From an uncultured Planctomycetales bacterium (lineage in GTDB: Bacteria > Omnitrophota > Gorgyraeia > Zapsychrales > JAHFFX01), in NCBI GenBank assembly GCA_964612665.1, contig CAZTCI010000002.1, positions 147,659-211,658 of the forward strand: 64,000 bases of DNA, in the 5' to 3' direction. Both the position numbers and the translations under genes were made by a program. The first letter of the stretch is position 1. Every line of letters begins with the position of its first letter. This document shows positions 1 through 9,542 of this stretch, piece after piece. The notes under the pieces were generated by a model. That model made no database searches and was not told the origin of the DNA. It saw nothing but the letters and a program-made list of their open reading frames with translations.

Positions 1-738
1 GGTTTAGCAAAGGATCGTCATGAGGCCGCGGCGCGGGCGATTTTGACGACGGATTTAAAGACAAAGGAGATTGCGGTTGAAATCAATTTAGGTGGCAAGA
101 AAGTGACAATCGGCGGGTGCGCCAAGGGTTCAGGAATGATTCAACCTAATATGGCGACGATGCTGGCTTTTATCACAACGGACGCGGCGATTTCTCATGC
201 GATGCTTAAAGCCGCTTTAAAGCAGGCGGTCAATCTTTCGTTCAATGCTATTACCATCGATGGTTGCATGAGTACGAATGATATGGTGACAGTGATGGCG
301 AGCGGTTTGGCTGGAAACAAAACCATCAATTCTGAAAATCAGGATTTTAAAATTTTTGTTGAGGCGTTAAATTTTGTTTGTTTGGATTTGGCTAAAAAGA
401 TTGTTATCGACGCTGAAGGCGCGACCAAATTTATTGGGATCGTCGTGTCAGGTGCGGCCAATAAAGCCCAAGCAAAGAAAGTCGCTTTGGCGATTGCTAA
501 TTCTAATCTGGTTAAATGCGCCGCATACGGCAGCGATCCAAATTGGGGGCGGGTCGCGGCGGCGGTTGGTTCGTTAGGATTTAATATTACGGAAAAAGAT
601 TTGAAGATTCGTTTCAGTTCATTTGCCAAAAAAGAAATCACGATTACCGTTGATCTAACCCAAGGAAAAGAAAGCGCGACGATTTATACCGCGGATCTGA
701 GTATCGAATATGTCAAAATCAATGGACGATATAATTAA
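1..738 (+). CDS. argJ: Glutamate N-acetyltransferase / ornithine acetyltransferase ArgJ, 5'-truncated at the window edge
   Basis: Frame open from position 1. Autoproteolysis motif ATML and a conserved C-terminal ArgJ block (GCAKGSGMIQPNMATMLAFITTDA). Confidence 0.85.
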   Translation, partial: GLAKDRHEAAARAILTTDLKTKEIAVEINLGGKKVTIGGCAKGSGMIQPNMATMLAFITTDAAISHAMLKAALKQAVNLSFNAITIDGCMSTNDMVTVMASGLAGNKTINSENQDFKIFVEALNFVCLDLAKKIVIDAEGATKFIGIVVSGAANKAQAKKVALAIANSNLVKCAAYGSDPNWGRVAAAVGSLGFNITEKDLKIRFSSFAKKEITITVDLTQGKESATIYTADLSIEYVKINGRYN

Positions 739-1582
739 AAAAGCGAATGTTTTAGTTGAGGCGATTCCCTACATTCATGATTTTAGGGGAAAGGTTTTTG
801 TTATCAAATATGGCGGAAGTATTTTGGATAATGAAACCATCCGAAAACATGTTTTGGAAGATATTGTATTTTTAAGTTACGTCGGTATCCGAACGATTTT
901 GGTCCACGGCGGCGGCGTTCACATCAGCACGCGTCTTAAGGAAACCGGCCGGAAAGCGGAATTTCATGACGGAATCCGGGTTACTGACGAACATACTTTA
1001 AAGATTGTTAGTGAGGAGCTCGATAAACTTAACAAGCAAATTGTTCGTGAAGTCAAGACGCTTAAAGGTGATGTGACCGGTCTTAAAGGTGAAGAAAATA
1101 TTATCCGGGTTGAAAAAAAGAAAGCCGCTAAAGAACTTGGCTTCGTGGGGTCAATTACTTCAATTAATCGTGGGGCGATTGAAGCGCACCTAAAGAAAGG
1201 CCGGATTACAGTTGTCTCGCCGATGGGAATTAGCATTGAGCAACAGCCGCACAATGTTAACGCTGATGAAGTCGCCAGTGCGATTGCTGCATCGCTTGAG
1301 GCTGAAAAACTTGTATTGCTGACCAACGTTCCAGGAGTTTTACGTCATGCCGACGATCTGGAGTCTCTCATTTCAACACTTACGATCGATGAGATCGATA
1401 ACCTCATTAAAAATAATGTGATTCAAAGCGGGATGATTCCGAAAGTTAACGCCTGTATCGAAGCGCTTAACGGAGGTGTTAAGAAAACCCATATTATCGA
1501 TGCCCGTTTTCATCACGCACTTCTTTTAGAGTTCTTTACAGATCTGGGGGTCGGCACTCAGATTATAAATTCTTCGCCATAA
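710..1582 (+). CDS. argB: Acetylglutamate kinase
   Basis: Amino-acid kinase family N-terminus VIKYGGSIL; ArgB-like length; sits next to argJ and argD. Confidence 0.9.
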   Translation: MSKSMDDIIKKANVLVEAIPYIHDFRGKVFVIKYGGSILDNETIRKHVLEDIVFLSYVGIRTILVHGGGVHISTRLKETGRKAEFHDGIRVTDEHTLKIVSEELDKLNKQIVREVKTLKGDVTGLKGEENIIRVEKKKAAKELGFVGSITSINRGAIEAHLKKGRITVVSPMGISIEQQPHNVNADEVASAIAASLEAEKLVLLTNVPGVLRHADDLESLISTLTIDEIDNLIKNNVIQSGMIPKVNACIEALNGGVKKTHIIDARFHHALLLEFFTDLGVGTQIINSSP

Positions 1583-1611
1583 TATTGAAAGTTTTTTAAC
1601 GACGATCGGAC

Positions 1612-1653
1612 GCGGGCGGCCCCGGCATTGATTCAGCGCCGCCGGGGCCGCCC
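1612..1653 (+). promoter_or_regulatory. Very GC-rich 13-bp-stem hairpin (GGGCGGCCCCGGC / GCCGGGGCCGCCC) in the argB-argD spacer, with no T-tract after it
   Basis: Perfect inverted repeat read directly; it stands out in a 40% GC genome. Could be an intra-operon RNA structure or attenuator. Confidence 0.4.
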
Positions 1654-1670
1654 TGGCACAACTTTTCAAA

Positions 1671-2861
1671 ATGAAAAAACCAGAAATCTTCAAAACCTAC
1701 GACGATTACATCCTTTCAACCTACACCCGAACACCGGCGATCTTTGTTAAAGGCAAGGGGATGATGCTCATGGATATCGATGGAAAAAAATATTTGGATT
1801 TTTTTCCAGGCTGGGGTGTCAATAACGTTGGGCATTGTCATCCTAAAGTCATGTCTGCTGTGAGGGATCAAATTGGCACGTTGATTCATATCCCCAATAA
1901 TTTTTATCATCCCAACCAAGCCAAATTAGCCAAAGAGATCGTGCGGTGGTCGTTTCCTTCAAAAGTATTTTTTTGTAACAGCGGCGCTGAAGCAGCGGAA
2001 GCCGCGATCAAGTTTGCCCGCGCATTTGGAATGGGTAAGCGATTTGAAATCATTTCCACTTTGAATTCGTTTCACGGCCGGACGCTTGGGGCGCTTTCGG
2101 CGACGGGACAGAAAAAATATCAAGAAGGTTTTTCACCACTTGTTTCCGGGTTTAAAACAATTCCCTTCAATGATCTAAAGGCGCTAGAAGCCGCAATTAC
2201 GCCTGAGACAATCGCAATTATGTTTGAGCTCGTGCAAGGCGAAGGCGGCATAAATGTCGCCGGCATTGAATATGTCAAAAAAGTGCGGCAGATTTGTGAC
2301 GACAAAAAAATCCTTCTGATCTTTGATGAAGTGCAAACTGGCATGGGCCGCACGGGAGAGATGTTTGGATTTAAGCATTACGGTGTTGTTCCAGATTTAA
2401 TGATGCTCGCGAAAGCGCTCGGCGGTGGATTGCCGATCGGCGCGTTGGTTGTAAAAAAAGAATTGGCAGATACGTTTAAACCTGGCATGCATGCTTCAAC
2501 TTTTGGCGGAAGTCCGCTGGTTTGCAAAGCGTCTCTAGGTGTTTTTAAAGCGATCGACAAATATAAAATGCTTAAAAATACCAAAGTCATGGGTCAATAT
2601 CTCAAAGAAAAATTAGAAGCACTAAAAGTAAAATTCGATTGCATCCAAGAGGTCCGCGGTTTAGGATTAATGCTTGGTGTCGAGTTAAAAATAGAAGGGA
2701 AGGCCGTTGTCGATGAGTGTTTTAAACAAGGCCTTATCATTAATTGCACTCAACATAAAGTTCTCCGGATTATGCCGGTGCTCAACGTTACAAAAAAACA
2801 AATCGACAAGGCCATTTACATTTTAACGCAAGCCATACAAAAAGTATCGCCCAACCCATGA
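1671..2861 (+). CDS. argD: Acetylornithine aminotransferase (class III PLP aminotransferase)
   Basis: Class-III aminotransferase motifs (DEVQTGMGRTG, ASTFGGSP); arginine operon context. Confidence 0.85.
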   Translation: MKKPEIFKTYDDYILSTYTRTPAIFVKGKGMMLMDIDGKKYLDFFPGWGVNNVGHCHPKVMSAVRDQIGTLIHIPNNFYHPNQAKLAKEIVRWSFPSKVFFCNSGAEAAEAAIKFARAFGMGKRFEIISTLNSFHGRTLGALSATGQKKYQEGFSPLVSGFKTIPFNDLKALEAAITPETIAIMFELVQGEGGINVAGIEYVKKVRQICDDKKILLIFDEVQTGMGRTGEMFGFKHYGVVPDLMMLAKALGGGLPIGALVVKKELADTFKPGMHASTFGGSPLVCKASLGVFKAIDKYKMLKNTKVMGQYLKEKLEALKVKFDCIQEVRGLGLMLGVELKIEGKAVVDECFKQGLIINCTQHKVLRIMPVLNVTKKQIDKAIYILTQAIQKVSPNP

Positions 2862-3781
2862 AAAAAAGAGATCTTATTAGCATTAAGGAATTAACACCCC
2901 AAGAAATCATAGGACTTTTGGATTTGGCCCGGAAACTGAAAAAGGCCAAAGGCAAACGGACCAAAGATCTCGATGGCAAGTCCGTTGGGCTTTTGTTTCA
3001 AAAGCCCTCGAACCGTACCCGCGTTTCCTTTGAAGTCGCGGTGTGGCAACTCGGCGGCAATTGCATTTACTTAAGTCCCGAAGAAATTGATTTAGGCAAA
3101 CGCGAATCCGTCGCAGATGTTGCCAAGACATTGTCGCGTTATCTGGACTGTCTGGTCGCTCGGACGTTTACACACGCGGACATTTTAGATTTAGTTAAAT
3201 ATTCATCGATCCCAATCATTAACGGACTTTCGGATTTGTTTCATCCTTGTCAAGCGCTCGCGGATTTGCAGTCGGTGCGTGAACATTTCGGGAAATTAAA
3301 AGGAATTACACTCGCCTACATTGGCGACGGCAACAATGTCTGTCATTCCTTGATGCTCGGCTGCGCGCAAACTGGAATGCATATGCGCATGGCAACGCCT
3401 AAACAATACGAACCTTTAGAAGAAGTTATTAAAGCCGCTTACGCTATCGCCAAACAAACGGGCTCTAAGATTTCCTTTACAAATGATCCCAGAGAAGCAG
3501 TGAAAGACGTTCAAGTAATTTATTCAGATGTCTGGGTCAGCATGGGACAGGAATCTGAAACCAAACGCCGGCTCAAAGATTTTGAAGGATTTCAAATCGA
3601 TGACAAATTAGCCGCGCTCGCCGATAAAGATTATATCTTTATGCACTGCCTGCCAGCGCACCGGGGGCTGGAAGTTTCTTCCAGTATCATCGACGGGCCG
3701 CACTCAATTGTGTTTGACCAGGCGGAAAACCGGCTGCACGTGCAAAAAGCGATTTTAATATTTTTACTTCGAGGAAAATAA
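2858..3781 (+). CDS. argF: Ornithine carbamoyltransferase
   Basis: STRTRVSFE carbamoyl-phosphate binding motif and HCLP motif; start overlaps the argD stop. Confidence 0.85.
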   Translation: MKKRDLISIKELTPQEIIGLLDLARKLKKAKGKRTKDLDGKSVGLLFQKPSNRTRVSFEVAVWQLGGNCIYLSPEEIDLGKRESVADVAKTLSRYLDCLVARTFTHADILDLVKYSSIPIINGLSDLFHPCQALADLQSVREHFGKLKGITLAYIGDGNNVCHSLMLGCAQTGMHMRMATPKQYEPLEEVIKAAYAIAKQTGSKISFTNDPREAVKDVQVIYSDVWVSMGQESETKRRLKDFEGFQIDDKLAALADKDYIFMHCLPAHRGLEVSSSIIDGPHSIVFDQAENRLHVQKAILIFLLRGK

Positions 3782-4110
3782 TGATTGGATCGAAGGAAAA
3801 ACTGCAATTACCAAACGCTCTTATTGACGACATTGTTCATATTATTTCAAGACAGAAAAAAGTTCAAAGGATTGTGTTATTTGGATCCTGGGCGACTGGA
3901 ACAGCCAAGAAAACTTCTGATATTGATTTGGCCATTTTTGGAAAAGACTTAACTGATCTTGATTTGAGTTTAATAAAAGATGAATTGGAAGAAAAAGTTG
4001 AAACAGCATTAAAATTTGATGTTTTGCATTTTGATTCTTTAGTCAAAGAATCCTTAAAAAATGATATTTTAAACGAAGGTATCACAATTTATGAGCCCAA
4101 AGCGGATTAA
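3781..4110 (+). CDS. Minimal nucleotidyltransferase (MNT/MntA-like), antitoxin-type
   Basis: LFGSWATGTAKKTSDIDLAIF = GS-x9-DxD polymerase-beta nucleotidyltransferase motif; 109 aa; overlaps the argF stop. Confidence 0.7.
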   Translation: MIGSKEKLQLPNALIDDIVHIISRQKKVQRIVLFGSWATGTAKKTSDIDLAIFGKDLTDLDLSLIKDELEEKVETALKFDVLHFDSLVKESLKNDILNEGITIYEPKAD

Positions 4111-4510
4111 GCAACGGTTTAATGATTTTGATCATGCTTTAGAAAGGCTTAAAGAAGTCTTAAACGAAGATCCAAAGAAAACCAGTATTGTCGTCGATGC
4201 AACGATCAAAAGGTTTGAATTCACGTTTGAGTTATCTTGGAAACTGCTGCAGGTTGTTCTCGCTTTTGAGGCAATAGATGTGCAGACGCCTCGCGCCATT
4301 ATTAAAGAAGCATTTCAAAAAGGATTGATTCAAAATGGAGATGAGTGGATTCAAATGTTGGAAGACCGTAACAAAACGTCTCATATCTATGATGAGATTC
4401 AAGCTAATGCTATTTATCAGAAGATTAAAAACAAATATTGTAGCTTACTAGATGCATTACGTGTTCATATTAAGGCAATGATTCAGAATATTGATGGAGA
4501 ATTGAAATGA
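4091..4510 (+). CDS. HepT-like / HI0074-family nucleotidyltransferase substrate-binding (HEPN) protein
   Basis: 139 aa partner overlapping the MNT by 20 nt. R-x4-H HEPN motif (RNKTSH). Its stop overlaps the argG start (ATGA). Confidence 0.65.
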   Translation: MSPKRIKQRFNDFDHALERLKEVLNEDPKKTSIVVDATIKRFEFTFELSWKLLQVVLAFEAIDVQTPRAIIKEAFQKGLIQNGDEWIQMLEDRNKTSHIYDEIQANAIYQKIKNKYCSLLDALRVHIKAMIQNIDGELK

Positions 4511-5670
4511 AAAAAGTTGTTTTGGCTTATTCAGGCGGATTGGACACCTCCTGCGCGATCAAATGGCTTGAGGACAAAGGGTATGAAGTCATCGCTTTTA
4601 TCGCTGACGTCGGGCAGAAGGAAGATTTTGAATCGATTAAAAAGCGGGCGATGTCGACCGGCGCTAAAAAAGTTTATGTGCTGGATTTGAAAAAAGAATT
4701 CGTAAACGATTATGTGTTTGCGGCGCTTAAATCCGGCGCGGTTTATGAACGGAAATATTTTATGGCGACTTCGTTGTCGCGGCCGATTATCGCCAAATAC
4801 CAAGTTCAAATCGCCCACAAAGAAAAAGCCAGCGCCATTGCTCACGGCTGCACGGGAAAAGGGAATGATCAAGTTCGGTTTGAAGTGACCGCCAAAATTC
4901 TTGATCCCAAGTTAGAAAATATCGCGCCCTTGCGGATTTGGGAATTTAAAACGCGCGATGAAGAAATTGATTACGCCCGGGCCAAAGGGATTCCGGTTGA
5001 TGTGACCAAAAAGAAACCGTATTCCATTGATAAAAATATTTACGGCATGAGTATCGAAGCTGGAATTTTAGAAGACCCGTGGATCGAACCGCCCGAGGAC
5101 ATTTATCAAATGACGGTCAGTCCCATGAAAGCGCCCAACAAACCAACCTACATCGAAATCGAATTTGAAAAAGGGATTCCAGTCAAACTCGACGGCAAAT
5201 CTTATAACGGCATCGATCTTTTGCAAAAGCTAAACGAAATCGGCGGCGCTAACGCGATCGGCCGGGTTGATATGGTTGAAAACCGTTTGGTCGGCATTAA
5301 ATCACGGGAGATCTATGAATGCCCGTCGGGCACAATCCTTTATACCGCTCATCAAGAATTAGAAGCGCTCGTCCTAGACCGGGAAACCATGCGCTACAAA
5401 CAAATGATTGCACTCAAGTACGCCGAAATTATTTACTACGGCCTCTGGGAAACGCCGCTTAAAAAACAATTAGACGCTTACATCAATAAGACGCAAGAAA
5501 ACGTAAGTGGCACCATTCGGTTGAAGCTTTATAAAGGGAATTGTGAAGTGGTGGGGCGCAAGTCGAAGTTTTCGAGATATAAAGAGGAACTGGCAACTTA
5601 CGGTGCAAAAGATATATTTGATCAAAAGCTGTCGGAAGGGTTTATTAGAATTTTTGGGATGCCATATTAA
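4507..5670 (+). CDS. argG: Argininosuccinate synthase
   Basis: PP-loop AYSGGLDTS and conserved ArgG blocks throughout. Confidence 0.9.
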   Translation: MKKVVLAYSGGLDTSCAIKWLEDKGYEVIAFIADVGQKEDFESIKKRAMSTGAKKVYVLDLKKEFVNDYVFAALKSGAVYERKYFMATSLSRPIIAKYQVQIAHKEKASAIAHGCTGKGNDQVRFEVTAKILDPKLENIAPLRIWEFKTRDEEIDYARAKGIPVDVTKKKPYSIDKNIYGMSIEAGILEDPWIEPPEDIYQMTVSPMKAPNKPTYIEIEFEKGIPVKLDGKSYNGIDLLQKLNEIGGANAIGRVDMVENRLVGIKSREIYECPSGTILYTAHQELEALVLDRETMRYKQMIALKYAEIIYYGLWETPLKKQLDAYINKTQENVSGTIRLKLYKGNCEVVGRKSKFSRYKEELATYGAKDIFDQKLSEGFIRIFGMPY

Positions 5671-5673
5671 GTG

Positions 5674-5714
5674 ATAAAGAAGTAGAGAAGTAAGAGGTAG
5701 AGATGTAGAGAAGG
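5674..5714 (+). repeat. GTAGAGAAG-unit repeat (family 2), one copy immediately after the argG stop
   Basis: aaagaagtagagaagtaagaggtagagatgtagagaagg. A related palindromic copy lies at 59855-59957, and a partial inverted copy at 6283-6300. Confidence 0.5.
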
Positions 5715-5739
5715 CGCGTTGGCAAACGCTTAACCGAAC

Positions 5740-6261
5740 ATGGTGCTGTCAAAAGAAGAAAAATTATTTCGACGAATTTTTGGGAAATTGAAACCAATTG
5801 AATTTAATGTTTGGTTTGATGGCACCCGTATTGTTCTTCTGATAAGTAATTCATTTAAGATTACAATGCTTTTTACCAAGGCCCAATGGATTAGCTTTAA
5901 AACAACAATGAGTAAAACTATTGATTCAACCATATACTCTGAAGACGACATAGGTTGTAGTGGCATTGATGTTTTAAAAGGAGAAATATATTTTTATAAT
6001 TTAAAAATTCAGCAAAAAATTTATGAGGTTTCAAAAAGCAGGGACATTGGTCAAAAAGAATTTAAGAAGATTAAGCAGAAACAGCGTGACATAAAGAAGC
6101 ATCGGCTTACAAAACAGATTTTGTTTAAGATTGGAGAAAATGTTGAGGTTGATGTTCCTCGTCGAAAGTTTACAAAGTTTAGGAATTTCATACTGGCTGC
6201 AGAAACTCAAACAAGTATTGATCGAGATCAAAAGAATAGATCATTAGAGAAAGTGAAATAA
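5740..6261 (+). CDS. Hypothetical Lys-rich protein (173 aa) in an AT-rich insert between argG and argH
   Basis: Long ORF with no recognisable domain; local AT content clearly higher than the flanking arg genes; flanked by family-2 repeat fragments. Confidence 0.35.
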   Translation: MVLSKEEKLFRRIFGKLKPIEFNVWFDGTRIVLLISNSFKITMLFTKAQWISFKTTMSKTIDSTIYSEDDIGCSGIDVLKGEIYFYNLKIQQKIYEVSKSRDIGQKEFKKIKQKQRDIKKHRLTKQILFKIGENVEVDVPRRKFTKFRNFILAAETQTSIDRDQKNRSLEKVK

Positions 6262-6322
6262 ATGAGATCTCTGCCTGTTGCTTTTCTACTTCTTATTTCT
6301 AACAAATAAAGGACAACCAAAC

Positions 6323-7669
6323 ATGACCAAACTCTGGGGCGGTCGATTTAGTAAAAAGATTAATCCGCTTGTTGACGACTTCACCAAATCTATCCATATC
6401 GACCAAAAACTCGCCTACTGCGATGTCTGGGGGTCGTTGTTTCATATTGATGTGCTCAAGGAAGCCAAGCTTTTGACAAAAGAGGAATATCAGAAGCTCC
6501 ACGATGGTCTGCACAAAATTCTAGATTCCATCCAAAACGGATCCTTTAAACCGGATTTATCCAGCGAAGACATTCACACCAACATTCAGAATGTATTAGA
6601 GAAGAAAGTCGGCGAAGTTGCACTCAAACTTCATACCTGCCGGTCGCGTAACGACCAGATTGTTTTTGATATGAAGTTATACTGCCGGCTTGAGCTTAAT
6701 CGTGTGCTAGAAATTTTAGATGGTTGCAAAAAAAGTTTGTACGCGTTGGCTGACAAGAACAAATCGTTATACATGCCGGGGTACACGCATCTGCAGCACG
6801 CGATCCCGATTCACATCGGAGATTATTTGATGGCGTATGTTGAGATGCTCAATCAAGATGAACGGCGGCTGACGCATATTCAAGATAATATTAATTTAAC
6901 GATGGGCTCGGGCGCTTTGGCTGGAACGTTTATTGAAGCTGAGCATTACAATCAGGCGATGAAATCTGCGGCGGTTGAATTAGGTATTGTGAAACCATCA
7001 ACGAATTCCATTTATACGGTAAGCGACCGGGATTTTATTCTTGAAATTTTAAGTGCGCTTGCGATTGTGGGGATGCATTTGTCGCGGCTGGCTGAGGATT
7101 TTATTCTTTGGTCGACGAAAGAATTTGATTTTATCGACATTGATGACGCTTTCTGCACGGGAAGTTCGCTCATGCCGCAAAAGAAAAACCCGGATGTCCT
7201 TGAATTGATCAGAGGCTATAGCGGACGGTTGTACGGCAACCTGGTCAATATGTTGGTTCTGATGAAAGGCCTGCCGCTTTCCTACAACCGGGACATGCAG
7301 CACGACAAAGAACCGCTGTTTGATTCGTTATCCGTGGTTGAAAACGAACTGAAAGTATTAACCGAGCTGCTTAAAAATGTTTCCTTCAAAAAAGAAACGC
7401 TTGCCAAACAGCTCGCCGATGAATGTCTTTATGCAACGGACATGGCCGATCATCTCGTCCAAAACGGGGTTGCCTTTAAACAAGCGCATCACATCATCGG
7501 CCGGTTAATCCATTATAAACTTCAAACCAAAAATGAAATTGTATCGATGAGTAAAGAAGAGCTGGTGCAATTTCATCCGGCTTTAACACCATCGATTGTG
7601 CAAAAAATTATTGATCCGGCTTTCTCGGTTGGTTCCAAAAAATCTATTCGGCGTAAAAAAGGAAAATAG
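6323..7669 (+). CDS. argH: Argininosuccinate lyase
   Basis: MTKLWGGRFSK N-terminus and fumarate-lyase signature region (GSSLMPQKKNPD). RBS aaaggac upstream of 6323. Confidence 0.9.
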   Translation: MTKLWGGRFSKKINPLVDDFTKSIHIDQKLAYCDVWGSLFHIDVLKEAKLLTKEEYQKLHDGLHKILDSIQNGSFKPDLSSEDIHTNIQNVLEKKVGEVALKLHTCRSRNDQIVFDMKLYCRLELNRVLEILDGCKKSLYALADKNKSLYMPGYTHLQHAIPIHIGDYLMAYVEMLNQDERRLTHIQDNINLTMGSGALAGTFIEAEHYNQAMKSAAVELGIVKPSTNSIYTVSDRDFILEILSALAIVGMHLSRLAEDFILWSTKEFDFIDIDDAFCTGSSLMPQKKNPDVLELIRGYSGRLYGNLVNMLVLMKGLPLSYNRDMQHDKEPLFDSLSVVENELKVLTELLKNVSFKKETLAKQLADECLYATDMADHLVQNGVAFKQAHHIIGRLIHYKLQTKNEIVSMSKEELVQFHPALTPSIVQKIIDPAFSVGSKKSIRRKKGK

Positions 7670-7670
7670 C

Positions 7671-8927
7671 ATGCATGACTTTCGGTTTAAAGGTCAGGAA
7701 TTGTACTGTGAATCAGTCAAGGTAAGCGCGATTGCCAAAGAAGTTGGAACGCCGTTTTATCTTTACAGCCACCACACGCTCGTCGATCACTTCACCAAAA
7801 TTAAAAAAGCCTTTGCGCCGGTCCACCCGATTGTTTGTTTCGCGATGAAGGCAAACGGAAATTTGGCGGTTCTACGGACGCTTATTAAGGAAGGCGCGGG
7901 CATTGATATTGTTTCTCAAGGAGAATTGCTGAAAGCCTTAAAAGCCGGCGCCGATCCTAAAAAGATTGTGTTTGCTTCCGTCGGAAAAACCGACGCCGAA
8001 ATCGTCTTTGCAATCAAGACCGGGATTTTGTTCTTTAATGTTGAATCCGTTCCAGAATTGGAAGCCATTGAACGCGTGGCGAAATCATTGAATAAAACAA
8101 CCCAAGCGGCGCTGCGCGTTAATCCGGATGTTGAAGCGGCAACACACCACTTTATTACGACGGGAACTTTAAAAAATAAATTCGGCATTGATCTTAAATC
8201 AACGCACCATATTTTAAAATCTCAAAAAAAATATCCGCACGTCAAAATAAACGGACTGCACATTCATATCGGCTCGCAATTAACTTCGCGTGATCCTTTT
8301 GTGAAAGCCATCACGAAAGTGATTGAGTTTATTTCCTCCTTGAAACAGGAAGGGATTTCGATTGAATATCTGGACATCGGCGGCGGGATGGGGATTGTTT
8401 ACAAGGATGAAAAACCGCAGACTGCTCAGGAATATGCTGATGCGGTTCTGCCGCTTTTGCAAAAAAATTCCCTTAAGATCATCATGGAGCCTGGCCGTTT
8501 TATCGTCGGCAACGCTGGCATTTTTGTGACCAAGCTTTTGTACATTAAAGACAATGGTTATAAGAAGTTCATGATCGTCGACGGCGCGATGAATGATCTT
8601 ATTCGTCCTTCTTTATATCAGGCCTATCATGAAATTGTGCCGCTAAAAAAGTCGAAGGCCAGGGCTGAGAAATTTGATATTGTCGGCCCAGTGTGTGAGA
8701 GCGGAGACTTTTTTGCGAAAGAACGTCTATTGCCGAAACTCAAAGAGAATGATTTTCTAGCTATCATGAGCGCCGGTGCGTACGGTTATGTCATGTCCAG
8801 TAACTATAACGCCCGCTGCCGTGTGCCGGAAGTCATGGTCAAAGGGAATCAATATCACGTCGTTAAAGAGCGCGAAACGTACGACGATTTAATACGTGGG
8901 GAGAATATTCCGGGATTTTTGAAGTGA
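7671..8927 (+). CDS. lysA: Diaminopimelate decarboxylase
   Basis: Fold-III PLP decarboxylase; VGPVCESGD motif typical of LysA; ATG directly after the argH stop. Confidence 0.85.
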   Translation: MHDFRFKGQELYCESVKVSAIAKEVGTPFYLYSHHTLVDHFTKIKKAFAPVHPIVCFAMKANGNLAVLRTLIKEGAGIDIVSQGELLKALKAGADPKKIVFASVGKTDAEIVFAIKTGILFFNVESVPELEAIERVAKSLNKTTQAALRVNPDVEAATHHFITTGTLKNKFGIDLKSTHHILKSQKKYPHVKINGLHIHIGSQLTSRDPFVKAITKVIEFISSLKQEGISIEYLDIGGGMGIVYKDEKPQTAQEYADAVLPLLQKNSLKIIMEPGRFIVGNAGIFVTKLLYIKDNGYKKFMIVDGAMNDLIRPSLYQAYHEIVPLKKSKARAEKFDIVGPVCESGDFFAKERLLPKLKENDFLAIMSAGAYGYVMSSNYNARCRVPEVMVKGNQYHVVKERETYDDLIRGENIPGFLK

Positions 8928-8936
8928 AGGTTTCCG

Positions 8937-9533
8937 ATGAACAAATTAGACTATAAAAAATTCTTGGAGGCCTACAGAATTACAACTGGCAAATCTTCTT
9001 CAAAAAATAACCAAAGAAAGGCCTTTGAACTTTGGCAAGAGCTGGCTAAAAAATATGTCCGTTCGGCTTTTTATTTAGGGGTTTGTTATGACCAGGGATT
9101 TGGAATCAATAAAAATTTGAAGAAAGCATTTGAATGGTATAAAGTCGCCGGTGATGACGGACACTTAGAGGCAATGTATAATTTGTTCCTCATGTATCGC
9201 GATGGTGTAGGAGTGAAGAGAAATAATAGATTGGCCTTAAAGTGGTTAAATATGGCAGCAGAAAGAGGAGATGCTTCAGCAATTGGGGATCTCGGTTATT
9301 GCTATCATGAAGGTAAATTGCTTTCTAAAAATTTGACCAAGGCAGCAACTCTTTATCATCGAGCAGCGCAGATGGGTGATGTGAAATCCCAATGGAATTT
9401 AGCTTTGTGCTATCTATCGGGTGATGGAATTCGACTACCATCTGAACGCTGGGGAAAATATTGGTTAACAAAAGCTGCAAAAAGTGGACACGTCAAGGCC
9501 ACAAAAAAACTGAGAGAATATATCAAGAAGTAA
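8937..9533 (+). CDS. Sel1-repeat (TPR-like) protein
   Basis: Four or five repeats of the type AxxWYxKAAxQGxxxAQxxLGxxY. Confidence 0.6.
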   Translation: MNKLDYKKFLEAYRITTGKSSSKNNQRKAFELWQELAKKYVRSAFYLGVCYDQGFGINKNLKKAFEWYKVAGDDGHLEAMYNLFLMYRDGVGVKRNNRLALKWLNMAAERGDASAIGDLGYCYHEGKLLSKNLTKAATLYHRAAQMGDVKSQWNLALCYLSGDGIRLPSERWGKYWLTKAAKSGHVKATKKLREYIKK

Positions 9534-9542
9534 TGAAATAAA

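Noticed and set aside
339-641. Antisense and alternate-frame ORFs from the track that lie inside well-supported genes (e.g. 339-641 -, 964-1326 -, 2120-2590 -, 16496-16819 +, 23631-23975 -, 40223-40684 -, 46743-47138 -, 61380-61760 -)
   Set aside because: They are fully embedded in genes with strong family signatures on the other strand or frame, and they show low-complexity or biased composition typical of shadow ORFs.
5740-6261. Transposase (IS200/IS605 TnpA-like) encoded by the repeat-flanked 173-aa ORF
   Set aside because: No HuH, DDE or serine-recombinase motifs are recognisable. It is kept as a hypothetical cargo protein.
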